Source: Octopus vulgaris
Lineage: Eukaryota
Length of the DNA: 64,000 nucleotides
Direction of reading: 5' to 3'
NCBI GenBank assembly: GCA_951406725.2
Contig: OX597829.1
Location: forward strand, 52,452,001 to 52,516,000
Positions 63,890 to 64,000 of this stretch are shown here, in pieces. How positions within the stretch are numbered: the first letter of the stretch is position 1; the number at the start of each line of letters is the position of its first letter. The notes beneath the pieces are model-generated. The model was not told where the DNA came from, ran no database searches, and worked only from the letters and a program-made list of their open reading frames with translations. The translations under genes and the position numbers were made by a program.

Positions 63890-64000
63890 ACAAGCATGGC
63901 TGTGTGGTTAAGAAGCTTGCTATCAAACCATGTGGTCTTAAGTTCAGTCCCATTGTGCGGCACCTTGGACAAGTATCTTCTACTATGGTGCTGGATCAAC
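63890..64000 (+). mobile_element. SINE family B head (cut by the window end)
   Basis: catggctgtgtggttaagaagcttgc...gttcagtcccattg...caccttggacaagt. Confidence 0.78.

Overview
AT-rich, microsatellite-dense eukaryotic DNA. The repeat families (tRNA-headed SINEs, TTAA-flanked MITEs, RTE/R4/Hero LINE remnants) look like those of an octopus/coleoid cephalopod; this is inferred from recall, not from a database search. Almost all of the window is non-coding, and nearly every ORF in the supplied track is a microsatellite or SINE artefact. One convincing coding exon is missed by the ORF track: 13282-13398 (+, 117 nt, phase 0/0). It encodes the start of a CEP170-type FHA domain, so the ~50 kb downstream is probably one very large intron; I could not find the next exon. 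Main findings: (1) at least six minimal type I hammerhead-ribozyme motifs of the Penelope/retrozyme kind from about four unrelated small elements, including a ~415-bp fold-back with one ribozyme motif per arm and a head-to-head pair in (TA)n with a variant core; (2) the FHA GR arginine is genomically His (CAT), one A-to-I edit away from Arg; (3) a ~120-bp locally templated insertion with a 9-bp target-site duplication; (4) module swapping and nesting among SINE families. Repeat boundaries were read by eye and are approximate unless a TSD/TIR is quoted.
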